This document shows positions 35,717-38,434 of a stretch of 38,434 bases of DNA, piece by piece; position 1 is the stretch's first letter, and the number at the start of each line of letters is the position of its first letter. The position numbers and the translations under genes are program-made. The DNA comes from Nemertoderma westbladi (Eukaryota > Animalia > Xenacoelomorpha): assembly GCA_032718475.1 (NCBI GenBank), contig JAUCBJ010000395.1, forward strand, positions 1-38,434, read 5' to 3'. The notes beneath the pieces were generated by a model. The model was not told where the DNA came from, did not search any database, and worked only from the letters and a program-made list of their open reading frames with translations.

Positions 35717-36553
35717 GTTTTAGGTTTAAAAGAAGCCTAACAAACCTTTTAAGATATTGCAATTGTTTGTAATACCAGTAAATAATAATAAATTAATAAT
35801 TAATAAATTGCTTATTTGCAAATAAATTAAATTATATTATAACTTTAATTTACCATAAATTTATCACCAATGCAATATGACAAAAATAAATCCAACGTAC
35901 CAAAAGGGCTAAGTATAAAATAAAAAGTACAGCGCTATGCAATGGAACAAAATAGAAACGGTAATTTCGAAATATGGCAATTGAGGTAGGCCTAAGCCTA
36001 ACTGAAAAGTTAATCTCGCATTACAAGGTGGCGAGCTGGCGAACATAATTAAAAGTTTTATTGTGATTCTAACCCTAAGTTAATAACGTTTTCGGACTTT
36101 CGGACGTCATTGCCATTGGCACACAGAGTCAATAGTGTCCGAAAAGGACTGACCAACTAACCACCAAATAAAAAAAACAATCGAAAATCACAGTAAAAAG
36201 TGATTGAAAATTACAATTAATTGTCAGTTCCTCAATTAAACTATACGGCTGTGGGCTGCGTGCTGAAATGTTCTGACATTTGCATGCAGTAGACATAGTG
36301 CTAAAATATAATATGAAGTAAGGCTGTAAGATACCTCACCTCAATGCAAATTGCGATGCGATAGTACCAAAGAGTATGTGAAACCGTAGCAAATTCTGGC
36401 AGGAATAATAATAATAATACAGTAATAGATAACAATATAACAAATTTAGCCTAACCAGGTTGCCTACTTACTGCTGTTTTATTCTATTGCATTCCTGTAC
36501 TGTGAAAATGTCCATAATAAAAATAATGTAATTAATAAGATGTAAGCAGCTAT

Positions 36554-37093
36554 TTAAGAGGGAATAAAGTGTTGGTAGTAATTCTTTGTTATATCAATCA
36601 TTAAATCTTTGGTACATTCGGGTAGTTCCTCGTAAGGAGCGGAAGTTGTCCCAGAGAAGAATGACAATGGTGGGATTACAGTTTCGGGAGGAACAATAGA
36701 GCCCTCGGCTATAGCGCAGCATTCTTTAATAATGCATCTGCGCCCGATGATAGAACCCTTACCGATATAACAATAGGAGCCAATGTTAGCAGCACTTATA
36801 ACGCAATCGCTCTCGATAAATACGTGGTCGCCGATGTGTAAAGGAAAAAAAGAAACCCCTTTCGAGAATTTCTTGAAAGACGGCCGTAGGACTGTGTTCG
36901 GGTTTATAACACAGTGTCGTCCGATTCCGATGTTCGCCAGATCGCCACGGATAACGCAGTCTCGTTGTATCACCGTCTTACCGTTTAGCGTTATGTTCTG
37001 ACTGCCGCACAGTATAGATTGTCGGGAAACTTTGTTTCCTGACGCCGTTTCAATGAAGTCGGCACGACTGTACTTAACATCGCCCAATTCCAT
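36554..37093 (-). CDS. DCTN5: Dynactin subunit 5 (p25), intronless, 179 aa
   Basis: [40 protein letters not shown]...IRGDLA...[25 protein letters not shown]...ELPECT...YY; left-handed beta-helix hexapeptide pattern; ATG at 37093. Confidence 0.96.
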   Translation of the reverse strand: MELGDVKYSRADFIETASGNKVSRQSILCGSQNITLNGKTVIQRDCVIRGDLANIGIGRHCVINPNTVLRPSFKKFSKGVSFFPLHIGDHVFIESDCVISAANIGSYCYIGKGSIIGRRCIIKECCAIAEGSIVPPETVIPPLSFFSGTTSAPYEELPECTKDLMIDITKNYYQHFIPS

Positions 37094-37379
37094 TACAGCA
37101 ACTGGATTACAACAGTACAATCAATTCTGCAATCAGTCAGTCATACAGCAATAAAGTGGCATGTCAACGGATCACAGCTCTTCAGTGCAGTGCTGTATGC
37201 TGTCTCGGTACCGGTAGGCTTATGGTTGTGCTTTACAGCTGTCAGACTGTCCCATTATACAAAACTAAACACAAATTAGAAGTGCTAATTATATGCTGAA
37301 CAATTAATTATTCAGCCTACTACAACTGTACATTGTCACACAATTATACAACTACAGTACATACAACTACAATTAAAGT

Positions 37380-37680
37380 GGATGGGTGGGTGGAAAGGTT
37401 GGTGGGTGGGAACAGGGAATGTGGAAATCAAAAGGTGGTGGATGGGAAATATTAGGCGGGTTGGAATATGGGAAGATGGCAAAATAAAAGTGGAAAGATG
37501 TGAATGTAGGAAGATGATAATATGGGAAGATGGCAATGTGGGAAGATGGATTGGAATGTAAGAAGATATGGAATATGAGAGGATGGATGGATGGAATGTG
37601 GGAAGATATTGATGGGAATGTGGGAAGATGGGAAGGTGGATGAGAATGTGTGTAGATGGATGGGAATGTGGGAAGATCAG
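37380..37680. repeat. Purine-rich low-complexity repeat (GGAAGATGG/GGAATGTG-like)
   Basis: Degenerate reiterated gggaagatgg and ggaatgtg words. Confidence 0.7.
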
Positions 37681-37722
37681 AATGATTGTGAGGAAAAGTT
37701 TAGTACGATTTATAAGATCATA

Positions 37723-38070
37723 AGGGGCCGTCCAAGAATGACGTCTGCACTTTTCCCCAAAATGTTGACCCCCTCCCTCCCCTAAATCAGATGTCATCAG
37801 ATAGGCGTTGACCCCCCCCCCCCCCCCGCCCCTTCCCTAAATCAGATTAAAAAAATTTTCGCGTCCTAATCACTGAAGCAGAAGATTAGAAATCACCTAA
37901 TCACTGGTAACTGAAACAGAAGGTCGTGCTACGGGCCTTCGGGGGCTTCGAACAATTAAAATAGGCAAGCTATTTACTCTTCTGCTATATCTCTTCTAGC
38001 ACCTATAAATGAACATGCTGACGTCAGATTTTGGCTGACCCCCTCCCCTCCCCTCATCAGCACGTCATCA
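37723..38070. mobile_element. Partial MITE-like DNA transposon remnant
   Basis: TAA-GGGGCCGTCCAAGAATGACGTC left end and internal tgacccc(c)n/acgtcaga repeats; right terminus not intact. Confidence 0.4.
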
Positions 38071-38082
38071 GTAATGGTTAGT

Positions 38083-38400
38083 AAAGGAATAGGTTACCTT
38101 ACAGTCTCAGGTTTATCATACCAAAAAATAAACAATGACGTTATCAATTGAGGGAAAGGAGCAAGTTACATACAGAGGTGGGCTTTTCTAACTAAAATAA
38201 ACGATATTGTTACCAATAGAGGGAAAGGAGCAGGTTACAGAGGTGGGTTTTTCTAACCAAAACAATAAACGATATTGTTACCAATTGAGGGGGAGAAACA
38301 GGTTACAGAGTTGGCCTTTTCTAACCAAAACAATAAACGATGTTGTTACAAAATTGAGGGAAAGAAGCAAGTTACAGAGACTGTGTTTTCTAACTAAAAC
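38083..38400. repeat. ~68-bp diverged tandem repeat, ~4.5 copies
   Basis: Unit taaacgatattgttaccaattgagggaaaggagcaggttacagaggtgggttttctaaccaaaacaa. Confidence 0.8.
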
Positions 38401-38434
38401 TATATATTGGCTTGGTGCATTGTAGCTGCACATT

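Noticed and set aside
37336-37797. 153-aa His/Pro/Ile-rich ORF
   Set aside because: Translation of a low-complexity purine repeat plus a MITE end.

Overview
AT-rich, intron-containing animal (invertebrate-like) genomic DNA, not prokaryotic. Host genes: an integrin beta subunit (minus, 3 exons, runs off the left edge, with one 1-nt frameshift), a probable 4-5 exon unknown membrane-protein gene (minus), a decayed intronless SLC35F3/F4-like pseudogene, an NR2E3/PNR (Hr51/fax-1-type) nuclear receptor (plus, at least 5 exons) and an intronless DCTN5 (dynactin p25). The centre holds a 14.4-kb BEL/Pao LTR retrotransposon (10151-24576) with near-identical 1.2-kb LTRs and a pol that lacks most of gag and the protease. 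In the env position it carries a ~4.2-kb extra reading frame (one frameshift, one TGA) encoding a WRN/EXD/RNase D-type DEDDy 3'-5' exonuclease-like domain followed by three Cys/His zinc knuckles; this is the most interesting signal in the window. Other repeats: an RTE-like LINE nested inside a decayed CRE-like RLE retrotransposon, a solo LTR with a 5-bp TSD, a tRNA-derived SINE with a 13-bp TSD, foldback MITEs, Helentron/HINE-like elements and minisatellites. All assignments come from reading motifs by eye; no database searches were run.
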